Assembly (NCBI GenBank): GCA_965113315.1
Contig: OZ220370.1
Source: Podarcis vaucheri
Lineage: Eukaryota
Length of the DNA: 64,000 bases
Direction: 5' to 3' (one strand)
The position numbers were made by a program, and so were the translations under genes. The notes beneath the pieces were generated by a model, which was not told the DNA's origin, searched no databases, and saw only the letters and a program-made list of their open reading frames with translations. This document shows, one piece after another, positions 11,928 through 26,052 of the stretch (position 1 is its first letter; each line of letters opens with the position of its first letter).

Positions 11928-14348
11928 ATGGAGAGAAGGCACCCAGGGAATGGCAGGGCACTCACAAGGCAAGTACTGCTTCTCTCTCTCTTGTCCTTTA
12001 CCTGTTGGGCTGCATCAGAGCAGATTCATTATTCAACCCCTGAGGAGATGGCAAAGGGTTCCGTTGTGGGGAACCTCGCCAAGGACCTGGGACTGAGCGC
12101 CAAAGAACTAAAACATCGCAATCTGCACACTGTGTCTGTGGCTAAAATGCAGCACTTCAGTATCAATGCAGAGAATGGAAACCTCTATGTAAATGACAGG
12201 ATTGATAGGGAGGGGATATGTGGCAAAAATCCAAATTGCTTTGTTAATTTTGAAGTTGTAGTAGAAAACCCTTTGAATATTTTTCATGTGCTAGTGGAAA
12301 TCCAGGATGTTAATGATAATGCACCCCAATTCCTGAATAGCAATATCAATTTAGAGATCCTTGAATCCACTCTGCTAGGCACACAATTTCTCCTTGGGAA
12401 AGCAGAAGATCCTGACATTGGGATGAACTCACTCCAGGATTACCAGCTGAGCTCCAATCAGTACTTCACTCTGGAAGTTAGAGAGAGAAAAGATGGAAAT
12501 AAATATGCAGAATTGGTGTTGCAGAAATCTTTGGATCGGGAAAAAGAACAAACCCTTCACTTAGTACTTACCGCAATGGATGGGGGTGAGCCTAGGAAAA
12601 CTGGGACTGTTCATATATGGATTAATGTCACTGATGCCAATGACAACCCGCCTGTTTTCACTCAAGTGGTGTACAAGGTCAGTTTATCTGAAAATGTTCC
12701 TGTTGGGTCACTTGTTCTCCAGGTTGCAGCCTCTGATAAGGATGAAGGTTTATATGCCCAAATCAGGTATCATTTTAGTAACATACCAGCAACTGCCGAA
12801 CGGAAATTCAAGCTGGATCCCATCAGTGGCTCAATCACCCTCTTGGAGCAACTGGATTTTGAGGACAACGATGAATATACAATGACAGTTGCTGCAAAAG
12901 ATGGAGGTGGATTGATGACACATTCTAACATTGAGCTAAGGGTTCATGATGAGAATGATAATGCCCCGGATATGACCTTAGCCTCCATGTTCAGTCCTGT
13001 TCCTGAAGATTCTCTGCCAGGGACAGTGATTGCTCTGATCAATGTGAATGACAGAGATAGTGGAGATAATGGGAAGGTTACTTGCTATTTACAGGATGAT
13101 TTACCCTTCAAAGTTCTTCCCTCATCAAACAATTACTTCAAGCTCCAGACAGACAGTCCTTTGGACAGAGAAATAGCGCCTGCATATAATATTACAATCA
13201 CAGCCACTGATAGAGGAACTCCAGCTCTTTCCACACACAAAACGATCTCTCTACAGATCTCAGATGTCAATGATAATACCCCTACATTTCAGAAACCATC
13301 CTACAACATCTACGTGCCAGAAAACAATCCTTCAGGTGCCTCCATTTTCACCATCAAAGCCTCTGATCCCGATATGGACCAGAACTCACGGATCACATAC
13401 TCCTTCCTCAACAGCAACATTGAGGAGCTTCCCATCTCCTCCTATATCTCCATTAATTCAGAGACTGGCACCATCTATGCCCAGAGATCCTTTGACTATG
13501 AACAATTCAGAGAGTTCCAGCTGCAAGTGAAGGCCCAAGATGGGGGTTCTCCCCATCTCAGCAGCAATGTGACCGTCAGAGTGTTTGTTCTTGACAGGAA
13601 TGATAACAGCCCTCGTATCCTGTCCCCCTCACAAGAAGCCAAGGGCTCAGCCTTGTTTGAGATGGTGCCTCGTTCGGCCGAGGCAGATTATCTTGTCACC
13701 AAGGTGGTGGCCGTGGATGCAGATTCTGGACACAACGCCTGGCTCTCCTACCACTTGACTCAGGCCACTGAGCCGGCACTCTTCACGGTTGGTTCTCATA
13801 CTGGAGAGATCAGGACCGCCAGGGCCTTTGTGGAGAGAGACGCTGTGAAACAGAGACTGGTCATTATGGTGAAGGATAATGGGCAGCCGTCTCTCTCGGC
13901 CACCATGACTCTGAACCTGGTGTTTGCTGAGAACTTTCAGGAGGCCCTTCCGGAAATGAAGAGCCAACCCAGCAGCTCGGAGTATCAGTCTGACTTGCAG
14001 TTCTACTTGGTGCTGGCCTTAGCTGTGATCTCCTTCTTGTTCCTCTTGACTGTCATTCTGGCCGTTACAATGAAGCTCCATCACTCAGGGCATCCCAGGT
14101 TCCTACAGTGCTTTGGTCCTGTTCCCCATTCCAAGAATGGTGCCATCTTCCCACCCAACTTTGAAGATGGGACTTTGCCCTATTCCTACCAGCTGTGTCT
14201 GTCTTCTGAGTCCAGGAAGAATGAGTTTACCTTCCTCACACCAAATATACAGATTGCAGACAATATTGTTAGCAGTGAGAAACCTGGTGTTCCTTTTACA
14301 AGCAACAGTGGAAACAATTTTCAGTCTGAGATGGCTAATGGTGAAGAG
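11928..14348 (+). CDS. PCDHGB: Protocadherin gammaB-like variable exon 3 (type A)
   Basis: ORF 11928-14468 with full EC1-6/TM/VCD. Donor GAG|GTAAGA at 14348; 807 codons. Confidence 0.93.
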
Positions 14349-15547
14349 GTAAGATTTGTTGTCTGCAGTTACATGCATGGTACACTCTGTAGTTCTTTAC
14401 CGTTAAGTGACATTTCAATACAACCTTTTACACTGCAGGTGTACCTGCCTTTTTCAGTCTTTAGTTAGTTTTTCATATAGAAATCAATAGGTGGGGCTTT
14501 ATTTTGTATGTTCATTTTAATTATTTATTAGCTTTCTATACTCCCTTTCATCCAAAGATCACATGGCAGCTTGCAATATAAAAGCTCTCATGTGTCATCA
14601 TCTTTCCTATCTGTTCTAAGTAGCTGAGGCTAAACCACCTGGTGCAATTAGCTATTTCGTAGTCAGTTGAGGTATTCCATTTTCTACTTTCAGGGCATAT
14701 TGCAATTTTTTGGTTTTTGTTTTGCTGGTGTATTCTTCAACATTTGACACAATAATAGTGTATTAATAGTCTATGTATACTGGATTGTCCACACATCATT
14801 TTTCTTTATTACTTGTTTTGAGCTGCCTCCCCAGTGTTATTGCATTTTTGAAGAGAACAGCTGTCATTGCATTAGTCCTTAGCACATAGCAAGGTAACAA
14901 AATCTAAACTAGGTAATAAGATTTACATAAACTTACATGAAAAATAGCACTACTTGCTAGTTAAACTATTGCCATTTGTAGGGGCACTACTGTATAATGA
15001 AAGCGGGACAAAGAATAAACCAGAGCATTGGTGTTATAAAAAGTTGCAGGATTTCAGCAGGAAAATATGGGACACTCACTCACATTAGTCACAAAGCGGC
15101 TTATTGTACCATAAACAATAACACAGTAGAACATCACAAGCACAATAAAAATCATATAAAACAATAAACAAATCATCAGTAAAGTAAAACAACCACCTTT
15201 TAAAATACACTTTTAACAAAACAAGTTTAAAAATAGGCTAAAGTCATATTATAAAATTCACAAAGCATTACAGCTCTCATAGTCCACAAAACAATATCAA
15301 GAACATTAACAAAGAACCAAAAACAAAATAAGCATTCATACATCATCATGAGTCACAATAAAAATGGCATGGGGGGGGGGCTTATGATTTACTTAAATCT
15401 CCCTAAAGCTAGGCTAGTTATAAATCTCTTTTTTTCAAGATTTGTTGGGGGGGGGGTTCGTTATACACATACACACACAACGCACATGTATACCTTGCAT
15501 AAAGTACGTTGTGCCATGATGAATGGACAACTACAACATTCACCCAG

Positions 15548-15604
15548 TTATTACTATTGCTATTGTTATTACAGTTATTACTATTACTATACTATTATTA
15601 TTAT
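15548..15604. repeat. Degenerate (TAT/TAC)n trinucleotide microsatellite
   Basis: TTATTACTATTGCTATTGTTATTAC...TATTATTATTAT. Confidence 0.7.
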
Positions 15605-16023
15605 CACCCAATATAATGTATCTGTATCGTTTTTAACCTGTAGTGAGCTGCAGCAATCTGGATTTATGTTATAAATTGATTTTAATCTAGTACTAGGCTG
15701 CTTATATTTACAAGTCTGAATAGGTTGCCTATAGTTTATATTGAAGATCATTGTAATCCGCACCCACAACACCGGTGGTTCAGATACAGAATTTCCCTAT
15801 TCCATTCAATAGCAAGAATTGGGTTCCTCTCCTTAAATTGTTGGCATTTAATTGAAGATTGGCTGCAACATGTAACCCATTATTTTAATACAGGACTTCA
15901 TCTGTAATGTGGATGCAACATTTTTTGTGCATCTTTGAACTCCACAGAAAATGCATTTGCTTTAATTTTTTGGAGATGTAAATGGTTGTGCATGTTCTCA
16001 ATGCTGCCTCCGTGGACAGTTGG

Positions 16024-16812
16024 GAAAAACATTGTACAAAGTACTTTGACATCATGGTTCAGATCTAGAGTTTCCCTGTTTCATATAACAGTGAGGATTG
16101 AATTTCACTGATCAAATTGTTGGTATTTAATTGAGCACTGGATGCAATGCTTAACCCATTGTTTTAATGTAGGAGGTCATGTGTAATATGGATGCAACCT
16201 TTTATGTGTATCTTTGAACTCCACAGAAGACGCTTTTGCTTTAATCTTTCGGAGGTGTAAATTGTGCAGCATGTTCTCAACGCTGCCTCTGTGGACAGTT
16301 GGCGTGGGCATGGTGGCACCATTCTCTAGGCCTCTGTTTGGCATGGCAGTATCTGGCCTTCTCCTTCTAGCTTCAAACAAGGCAGGATCTATCAGTTCCC
16401 AGTTGGGGCTGAATGGTAGTATTTTGTTCTTGTTGCTAAATTGGCCTAATGAGAGGATGAATGACAGGAGCTTTCTCATCTGCTAGGCAGTCAATAATTA
16501 AAGACTGGCTGTAATTGGACCCCAGCCATTCTTTTTAAATGTGCCACAACTGGCATGTGCTATGTAGGTTAGAAAACATAAGGATCCTATAGTGAGCAGC
16601 CCAAGACCTGAAAGGAGAGTTACCCAAACCAACCTTCATGGCATTCTTACTAGTTTGGGGGAATCTGGTGATGGCAATTACTCGTCTGTACTGATGACTC
16701 ATTGACTGTAGCACTTACTGGCTCAGAGCTGATGATACCTAATGGTCTTCATTTGCACTCAGTGGAGCTGAAGAGAAAAGACCAGTTTCAGTATTGATCT
16801 AATACTTGGACC
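16024..16812 (+). repeat. Near-identical intergenic duplicate of 26642-27440
   Basis: Long runs of identity between the two spacers, e.g. GAACTCCACAGAAGA...CTGCTAGGCAGTCAATAATT...GGATCCTATAGTGAGCAGCCCAAG. Confidence 0.85.
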
Positions 16813-17240
16813 CTGGGGGGTGGGCATCAAGGGAGAAACGTCATCCTACTTCTGAGGTAGTTTGTCTGTCTTTGGTCCCCACCATGCACACAGGCACTAT
16901 GGCAGTGGTCACATCCTGGGATATGACTTTGACTGACTGGCTAAAGCAAGTGAGGGTAGCTGATGGGTCTCAAACCCTCAATGAGTTAGGGACTTTCTCT
17001 GCATGTGAAGACAAGTTCTGGTGGATTGAGCAGACAAAATAATAGTGGGTTCAGCAATCAAGAAGGTGGTTACTGCACATGCCATAGAGGGAAGTGAGTG
17101 GCAGATCACTTCCTCTTCAACCTGGGAAGGTAACACATTTAGGAGAAGGAAAACTCTGATCCAAAACTCTGCTGCCTTGCAGGCTATCCCCTACAGAAAT
17201 CCAGAGTGTGGTCCGTAAGACAATTGGATGTCATCTGCTA
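16810..17240 (+). mobile_element. Probable RTE-clade LINE 5'-region fragment
   Basis: Begins where homology with the 27440 spacer ends. Contains GGAGAAGGAAAACTCTGATCC, which I recall from RTE elements. Confidence 0.35.
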
Positions 17241-17579
17241 ATAATTTATAATTAATCCTTGATTGTGTGACAATCTAGTGAGCACTTGTTTGTATCTATT
17301 ATGTCTAAGTTAACTTCACCCCTAAAAGCTGAGCGATTTTGTTGTTGTCTCCCAACTTGTTGAGATAAGATGTCTTCTGTTTCTCTCTCTCATCACTAAT
17401 CATCCTGTAGATAGTTTCTGCATGAATGAAGCATTTGAACTCCAGAAACTGAAAGTGATTATTCCAATCTGATTCATGCTGAAAGGTCTACTAACAATGG
17501 GCAATTATGCACCAGAAGAGTGGCACTAACATCACTTTGTGGGTGGAAACCAGTGGAGGCCGACCAGGCCGTGCAGAGG

Positions 17580-17581
<2 letters not shown>

Positions 17582-17625
<44 letters not shown>
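17582..17625. repeat. (GT)n microsatellite
   Basis: About 22 perfect GT units. Confidence 0.95.
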
Positions 17626-17627
<2 letters not shown>

Positions 17628-18333
17628 CAAGCTGCATACTCAGGATCCCTTACATACTATTGGCTTACAAAAAAACCTAAAATGTTATTGTTCTGTGTAA
17701 AGAAGAGGGTGATGAGCCATACCTGTGAGACTGTGAAGTAGATGTGCAAGGTCAGAAACACACATCTCACAGTAAATTAAGTTAACACTACAAATCAGAA
17801 AACTATCTACCATGACTGAATTACTGGAGCACATGGATGTGGGGGGAACAATGGCAAAGTTGAGAGCTGCTAAATAAATCTATTGAAGGGGTTGTCTACA
17901 CAAATAGACCAATATTCTGAGCGCTAATACGAGGTGAGATGACAAAACTAAGCATGAGATGTGGGACTAATTTCAGTGATAAGCAATGTAATACAAGATG
18001 CTTCCTTAGGATATACACTCAAACACAAGAAGATATATACCTCTAAAAGCAGACATTCTTGTTTCTAAGGTTCATGTGAAGGTCTAACTATAGGCAATAA
18101 TACATTTTCCTCAATTTCTAAATAGTCCCATACTATAAATGATAATGTTTAATTGTGCAGCCTGTAATTCCATTTTTGTCAGCAGCACTGCAAATTAATA
18201 AGCTTGGAAATAATTGTAAATAAAGAGGAAGGTCACATATTCTGTTTAAAAGCCTGCCTTGAGTCATCACATATAAACACCAACAGAGACCTTCTGTGAC
18301 ATGTATTGGGGAGAAAAATCACTGGGAAAAGAT

Positions 18334-18375
18334 TGCAGTTCTCTGCTTCAGACTCACAGTGTCACTGTTGGACAA
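18334..18375 (+). promoter_or_regulatory. CSE/CTCF-type site of exon 4 (core CACT)
   Basis: TGCAG at 18334, core CACT at 18363, then GTTGGACAA. Confidence 0.8.
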
Positions 18376-18619
18376 GGCGGCAATCCAAGGGCAGCTGAAG
18401 TTCCACTGATGCTTTCTGCAGAGAGATCTCTTTGTCCCAAACTGCACATCGGGAATACCAGCAGACGCTGGAGCAAACGTTTCAGCTGAGAAAGAAAAAA
18501 GAAAACACTGCAGCATATACAAATTAAGCCAAAGGATCCAGTTCTTTTTTTACTGGGCAAAAAAATCTCCTGTCTTGGTGGAAATCTGAAATCCTGTGCT
18601 CATCAAAGAGAAGAGGAAA

Positions 18620-21049
18620 ATGAATATGAGAGGAATCCTTCATGGAGAGAGCTTTCAAACATCAGGAAGGTATATAACACTTCTGATATTATCATCTTTG
18701 TTTTGTGGAGCAGTTTTGGAAGAGGTTCACTATTCCATCCCTGAGGAGATGGCAAAGGGGTCTTTGGTGGGAAATCTTGCCAAGGATCTAGGACTGAATG
18801 CCAGAGAACTGAAGAGCAGAAACCTGCATATCATTTCTGAAGGTAAAAAGCCATATTTCACTATCAATGCTGAAAATGGAAACCTGTATGTAAATGAAAG
18901 GATAGATCGTGAGGAAATATGTGGGGACAGTGTGCACTGTCTGATTAATTTTGAAGCTGTGATTGAAAATCCTTTGAATGTTTTCCATATTATTGTAGCA
19001 ATTCAGGACATTAATGATAATGTGCCACAGTTCTTAAAGGAAATCATGAGGCTTGAAATTGTTGAATCCACATTACCAGGTACAAGATTTCATATTGGGA
19101 AAGCTGAAGATCCTGATATTGGGATTAATTCTCTCCAGAATTACCAGCTAAGTCCAAATCACTATTTCGTTCTAGACATACGACAGAGAGAAGATGGCCA
19201 TAAATATGTAGAATTGGTGCTGCAGAAACTTTTGGATAGGGAAAATGATCACTCCCTTCAGTTGATCCTGACGGCCCTGGATGGGGGTGAACCCAGAAAA
19301 ACTGGGACTGCCCAGATATGGATTAATGTCACAGATGCCAATGACAACCCACCAGTTTTCGCCCAAGAGGTTTATACAATTAGCCTGAGGGAAAATTCCC
19401 CTGTGGGGTCCCCCATACTGCAAGTAAAAGCCTCTGATAGGGATGAAGGTGTGAATGCCCAAATTCATTATACATTTAGTAATATTCCAGAAAGAGCCTA
19501 CCAAAAATTTGACCTAAATCCACAAAATGGAATAATTACAATTAAAGAAGCCGTTGACTTTGAGGAAACAGAAAAGTACACTATGACCGTTGAAGCAAGA
19601 GATGGAGGAGGATTAGTGGCTCACTCTAATGTTGATATAAAGATTATAGATGAGAATGACAATGCTCCAGAAATCATTCTAGCCTCCTTATCTAGTGCAA
19701 TTCCTGAAGATTCTGTTCCTGGGACAGTAATTGCTCTCATCAACGCAAAGGATAGGGATTCAGGAGAAAATGGAAAGCTCACCTGCCACTTACAAAGTAA
19801 TGTACCATTTAAAATAGTGTCAACTTCAAAGAACTACTATAAAATCCTCACAGAAAGTCCTCTGGACAGAGAAAAAGCCTCAGGATATAACATCACAATC
19901 ATGGCCACTGACAAAGGTAGCCCTCCTCTCTCCTCCAACAAAACCATCTCCCTGCAGATTTCAGATATCAATGACAACCCCCCTGCCTTTGAAAAATCAA
20001 CTTATAGTGTCTTTGTGCCTGAAAACAATCCCTCAGGTGCCTCCATTTTCTCCATCAAAGCCTCGGATCCGGATCTGGACCGCAACTCACGTATCACTTA
20101 CTCCATCCTCAACAGCAACATGGAGGAGCTGCCTCTCTCCTCTTACGTCTCCATCAACTCTGAGACGGGAACTATCTATGCACAGCGCTCCTTTGACTAT
20201 GAGCAATTCAGGGAGTTTCACATCCAAGTGAAGGCCCAAGATGGCGGCTCTCCCTCTCTCAGCAACAACGGCACTGTGTGGGTGTACATTTTGGATCAGA
20301 ACGATAACAGCCCTCGCATTCTGTATCCTCTCCCGGGTGTTGAGGGCTCTGCCTTGTTTGAGATGGTTCCTCACTCGGCAGAGCCAGGCTACCTAGTGAC
20401 CAAAGTGGTGGCTGTGGACGCGGACTCTGGGCACAATGCCTGGCTCTCCTACCAAGTGCTGCAGGCCATGGAGCCGGCCCTCTTCACCATTGGGACCCAC
20501 ACGGGAGAGATCAGGACATCACGAGCCCTTCTGGAGAAAGATGCTGTGAAACAGAAGCTGGTCATCTTGGTGAAGGACAATGGGAAGGCTCCGCTCTCAG
20601 CTACTGTGGTCCTCAACCTTGTGGTTGCCGAGAACTTCCAAGAGGCACTTCCAGAAATGACTAGGCAATCCAGTGACACAGAACATCATTCTGACCTCCA
20701 GTTTTACTTGGTGCTGGCTTTGGCCTTGATCTCATTTTTGTTCCTCCTGACGGTGATACTGGTCATTGTCATGAAACTTCGACAATCAGGAAATCCCAAA
20801 TTATTCCAATGCTTTGAACCTAATACTTTTTCTAAGGCGCAGGTCATATTTCCACCAAACTATGAAGAAGGAACTTTACCTTATTCCTACCAACTCTGTC
20901 TATCGTCAGAGATGAGGAAAGAGCAGATCTCTTTCCCGAAACCCCATATCCAGGTGGCAGAAAACTTGCTATGCAATGATAGCTCTCAGGTGGTTCTTGT
21001 GGATGGCAACTGTGGGGATGCCAGTGCCAAAGAGGAGGTTGGTGAGCAG
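18620..21049 (+). CDS. PCDHGB: Protocadherin gammaB-like variable exon 4 (type B)
   Basis: ORF 18596-21106, ATG at 18620. Donor CAG|GTAAGT at 21049; 810 codons. Confidence 0.93.
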
Positions 21050-22811
21050 GTAAGTTTTGCTTTCAGAAACTGTGATGTTGGCATTACAACCTTGTTCCTT
21101 GTATGAGCAAAACTAGTATTTTTAGCTGTCTTCCTCTTAACTGCCTGATTTACTAAATGAGAGAACTAAAAAAAATCAAATTATATTACTAGCACCAGCT
21201 GTTCAGACTGTAGAAAACTTTTTTTACAAGTAGTCTTCAAATTTCAATGACAGAGGCAAATTCAATGCTGAGTCTGAAAATGCCGTTCAGGTGAGTCTTC
21301 ATGAATTATGGAATTAATATCCTGTTCTTCCTTCTAGTAATTTTCTTCCTGTAGATTATTAAAATATCACTATCATTATATACAGTAGTTATTTTTTAGT
21401 TCCTCCTAGAGGTTAAATATGTGGATTTTTACTTCGTTCACTCACATAGTTTATTCATCCTGTTCTGATTTGAGTTAACTGAAAAATGTGTAAAACATGA
21501 AGGCTTCCTATTTGTTCATAGTAGATCTTTTGGATTGTTTTGAACTTCTCTGGAAGATTCATGTAGAAATAACTTGTATGAAATGCAGAATGCTCAGAAA
21601 AGTGCAACTAAGATGGTCAAGTGGGTAGAACAACTTCTATATTCGGGAAAAAATGCAATGCTTAACAATATTTAGTATAGATCAAAGACAAGGGAGAAGC
21701 GATGTGAGAGAGCTGGTCCTGCCAGTGCCACATTTCAACCATATCTACAGGACAGCAAGTAATTTAAGTGGGAGGTGCAAGGCAACCAATGCTAGGATGC
21801 AACATTTTTGTGGGGCATGTCCTGAAATGAAAGGTTCCAGGTGGATATAATAAGGGAAGCTGAAATAATAACAGGATACACTTTATCAACGGTTATTCTG
21901 ATTGTTTTATTCAGTTGCATTAAGGGTTTAATACTAGCAGAGTAGTAGTCCAAGACTTGTTAACTATAGCAAGAACAACTATTTGGTATAAGTTGACTGG
22001 AGTGTGCGGTTAAGAACACCAGCTTTACAGGAGTGGAGTATGGGATATTTTATCTATGGTTAAACTAATGAATATGGTAAGAGTCAGAGTGCGGAGACTG
22101 ATAACATCGTTGTGGAAAAATACAACATTTTCATACTTAATTTGCACAATAAGGTTCAAGATAATACAGACGCACACACAGTGTTAGAAACTTTATAAAT
22201 CAGTATGCTTTCTTTGAGTGTATAATATAAAACTATTGAAACTTGTATTCAGCCATTATTTTTATTTATACAGAACAATCACACATACTTTACACATTTT
22301 AATAAATAAATAACTTATGGGAATTGCTCCCACAAAAAGCTGTGTTGGCCACTAACTTGGATGCGTTATAGACAACTTCATGGTGGCCGCAAGTCGTGCT
22401 GACTCGAAGTAGGATGCCTCCAAATGCCACAGTGGGAGACAAGTTGCTTAACAAGAAAGGCCTTGGGTCTGATCCATCAAGGCTTTTCTTATGTTGTTAC
22501 ATTTTAATGAAAGGAATTGTGTGCCCTGATGTTGTGTGATAGACTGATGGAAAAAGGACTATAAGCATGTTAAAGTGAGGCAATGCTTGGGTATGTAGCT
22601 TCCATTCAACAGGGTTCAATTTCAGTTGGACAGACATCAAGGCAAAACATGTTTTCAATAGGCTGTATATCTCCAGACTGGGTTTTGAGTCTTGTGACCT
22701 GTTATGCGCAGCAATCAGAGGAGCTGTTGCTTTAATGTGTACAAACTGAACGCAAATAACTTGCAATTTGCTAAAGGGAAAGTACTGTACATTGCACAAC
22801 ATGGTTTTCCT

Positions 22812-22852
22812 TGCAGTTCCTTGAGTGGTCCTCTAAGTGTCAGTGTTGGCCA
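22812..22852 (+). promoter_or_regulatory. CSE/CTCF-type site of exon 5 (core CAGT)
   Basis: TGCAG at 22812, core at 22841. Identical to the exon 3 and exon 8 CSEs. Confidence 0.78.
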
Positions 22853-23124
22853 GTATGAGAGCCAGAGAGAGGATAGAGATCCATTGATGCTTCCTAGACT
22901 GCAGTAACTCCCATCACTGTTATTCAGATCAGGCGAGCTGAAGAGCACAGAGACAGGGAACTCTTGCAGAGAAGGAAAAATCTCTTTTGCTTTGCACACC
23001 TATAAGAACAAGGGAAATTTATTCTTCCTCAGTGATACCTCATGTTGTTTCCTTCATCACTGTGAGAGCTTGAGCATAGGAAACTGAGAAAAGGAAGCAG
23101 CCTGTTTTTGAGAGAACCAGCCAG

Positions 23125-25545
23125 ATGGAGAGAAGGCACCCAGGGAATGGCAGGGCACTCACAAGGCAAGTACTGCTTCTCTCTCTCTTGTCTTTTACCT
23201 GTTGGGCTGCATCAGAGCAGATTCATTATTCAACCCCTGAGGAGATGGCAAAGGGTTCCGTTGTGGGGAACCTCGCCAAGGACCTGGGACTGAGCGCCAA
23301 AGAACTAAAACATCGCAATCTGCACACTGTGTCTGTGGCTAAAATGCAGCATTTCAGTATCAATGCAGAGAATGGAAACCTCTATGTAAATGACAGGATT
23401 GATAGGGAGGGGATATGTGGCAAAAATCCACTTTGCTTTGTTCAGTTTGAAGTTGTGGTGGAAAACCCGCTGAATGTTTTCCATGTAACAGTAGAAATCC
23501 AGGATGCTAACGATAATGCGCCCCAGTTCCTGAATAGCAATATCAATTTAGAGATCCTTGAATCCACTTTACTAGGCACTCGATTTCTCCTTGGGAAGGC
23601 GGAAGATCCTGACATTGGGATGAATGCCCTACAGGATTACCAGCTGGGCTCCAATCAGTACTTCAATTTGGAAGTTAGAGAGAGAAAAGATGGAAATAAA
23701 TATGCAGAACTGGTGTTGCAGAAATATTTGGATCGGGAAAAAGAACAAACCCTTCACTTAGTACTTAGTGCAATGGATGGGGGTGATCCTAGGAAAACTG
23801 GAACAGCCCAGATACGGATTAATATCACCGATGCCAATGACAACCCTCCCATTTTCACTCAAGAGGTGTACAAGGTCAGTTTAAGTGAAAATGCTCCTAT
23901 TGGGTCCACGGTGCTCCAGGTCATAGCCTCTGATGATGATGAAGGTTCATATGCCCAAATCAGGTATTATTTCAGCAACATACCAGCAACTTCCCAAGAG
24001 AAATTCAGTCTAGATCCCATTGGTGGCATAATCACCCTCTTGGAGCAACTGGATTTTGAGGAGAACGATGAATATACTATGACGGTTGCTGCAAAAGATG
24101 GTGGGGGATTGGCGACTCATTCCAATATTGAGATAAGGGTTCTTGATGAGAATGATAATGCCCCGGATGTGACCTTAACCTCCATGTTCAGCCCGGTTCC
24201 TGAAGATTCACCATCTGGAACCTTAATTGCTCTGATCAATGTAAATGACAAAGATGCCGGTGATAATGGAAAAGTTACCTGCTATTTAAACAGTGATTTG
24301 CCCTTCAAGATTATGTCCTCATCTAACAATTTCTACAAACTTCTGACAGTCAGCCCTTTGGACAGAGAAAAAACTCCTGCATACAATATTACAATCACAG
24401 CCACTGACAAAGGAACTCCGCCTCTTTCCACACACAAAACAATCTCACTACAGGTTTCGGATATCAATGATAATGCCCCTACTTTTCAGAAACCATCCTA
24501 CAACATCTATGTGCCAGAAAACAATCCTTCAGGTGCCTCCATTTTCACCATCAAAGCTTCTGATCCTGATACGGACCAGAACTCACGGATCACATACTCC
24601 ATCCTCAACAGCAACATTGAGGAGCTTCCCATCTCCTCCTATATCTCCATTAATTCAGAGACTGGCACCATCTATGCCCAGAGATCCTTTGACTATGAAC
24701 AATTCAGAGAGTTCCGGCTGCAAGTGAAGGCCCAAGATGGGGGTTCTCCCCCTCTCAGCAGCAATGTGACCGTCAGGGTGTTTGTTCTTGACAGGAATGA
24801 TAACAGCCCTCGTATCCTGTCCCCCTCACAAGAAGCCAAGGGCTCAGCCTTGTTTGAGATGGTGCCTCGTTCGGCCGAGGCAGATTATCTTGTCACCAAG
24901 GTGGTGGCCGTGGATGCAGATTCTGGACACAACGCCTGGCTCTCCTACCACCTGACTCAGGCCACTGAGCCGGCACTCTTCACGGTTGGTTCTCATACTG
25001 GAGAGATCAGGACCGCCAGGGCCTTTGTGGAGAGAGACGCTGTGAAACAGAGACTGGTGATTATGGTGAAGGATAACGGGCAGCCGTCTCTCTCGGCCAC
25101 CATGACTCTGAACCTGGTGTTTGCTGAGAACTTTCAGGAGGCCCTTCCGGAAATGAAGAGCCAACCCAGCAGCTCGGAGTATCAGTCTGACCTGCAGTTC
25201 TACTTGGTGCTGGCCTTAGCTGTGATCTCCTTCTTGTTCCTCTTGACCGTCATTCTGGCCGTTACAGTGAAGCTCCGTCACTCAGGGCATCCCAGGTTCC
25301 TGCAGTGCTTTGGTCCTGTTCCCCATTCCAAGAATGGTGCCATCTTCCCACCCAACTTTGAAGATGGGACTTTGCCCTATTCCTACCAGCTGTGTCTGTC
25401 TTCTGAGACCAGGAAAAATGAGTTTGCCTTCATGACACCCAATGTTCAGATACTAGACAATATTCTTGGCAGTGAGAAACCTGCTGTGCCTTTTACAGGC
25501 AACAGTGGAAACAATTTTCAGTCTGAGATGGCTAATGGTGAAGAG
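23125..25545 (+). CDS. PCDHGB: Protocadherin gammaB-like variable exon 5 (type A)
   Basis: ORF 23125-25671. Donor GAG|GTAAGA at 25545; 807 codons. Confidence 0.93.
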
Positions 25546-26052
25546 GTAAGATTTGTTCTCTGCAGTTACATGCATGGTACACTCTGTAGTTCTTTACCGT
25601 TAAGTGACATTTCAATACAACCTTTTATACATCATATGTACTTGCCTTTTCATTTTTCAGTCTTTAGTTAATTTTCCATCTAGATTCATGAATCATCATA
25701 TTCTTTATATATAGTAAACAGCTGAGGCTAAACTACCTGTTGCAGGTATAGTCTATTTTCTCCATTGCATTTTGAGATTTCTTGTTCAATCCTAACCATA
25801 TCTACCCAGATGTGAGTCCTGTTGAATTCAGTGTGACTTTCTGTCAGGTAAGAGTGCTTAGGATTTAAGCTTTGGAATTTGAATAGTGGGAACATGAAAT
25901 TAAATGAAGTGAAATGGATATATATATTGCTTATTTAATCTTATGAGTGGGTGTGGAATGTGCCGTTTTTATTATATAATTGAGAAGGTATACTTCTTTC
26001 TGTATGGCAGTTGTGTGCTATTGAGTTCAATAGGGCTTACTCCCAGATTGTG

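Noticed and set aside
11911-12096. 61-aa overlapping ORF MREPARW... repeated three times
   Set aside because: TTG start, and a by-product of the identical promoter/leader block.
16177-16486. ORFs on both strands duplicated at 26769-27105
   Set aside because: They lie in a near-identical duplicated spacer insert, probably a decayed retroelement, so conservation reflects recent copying.
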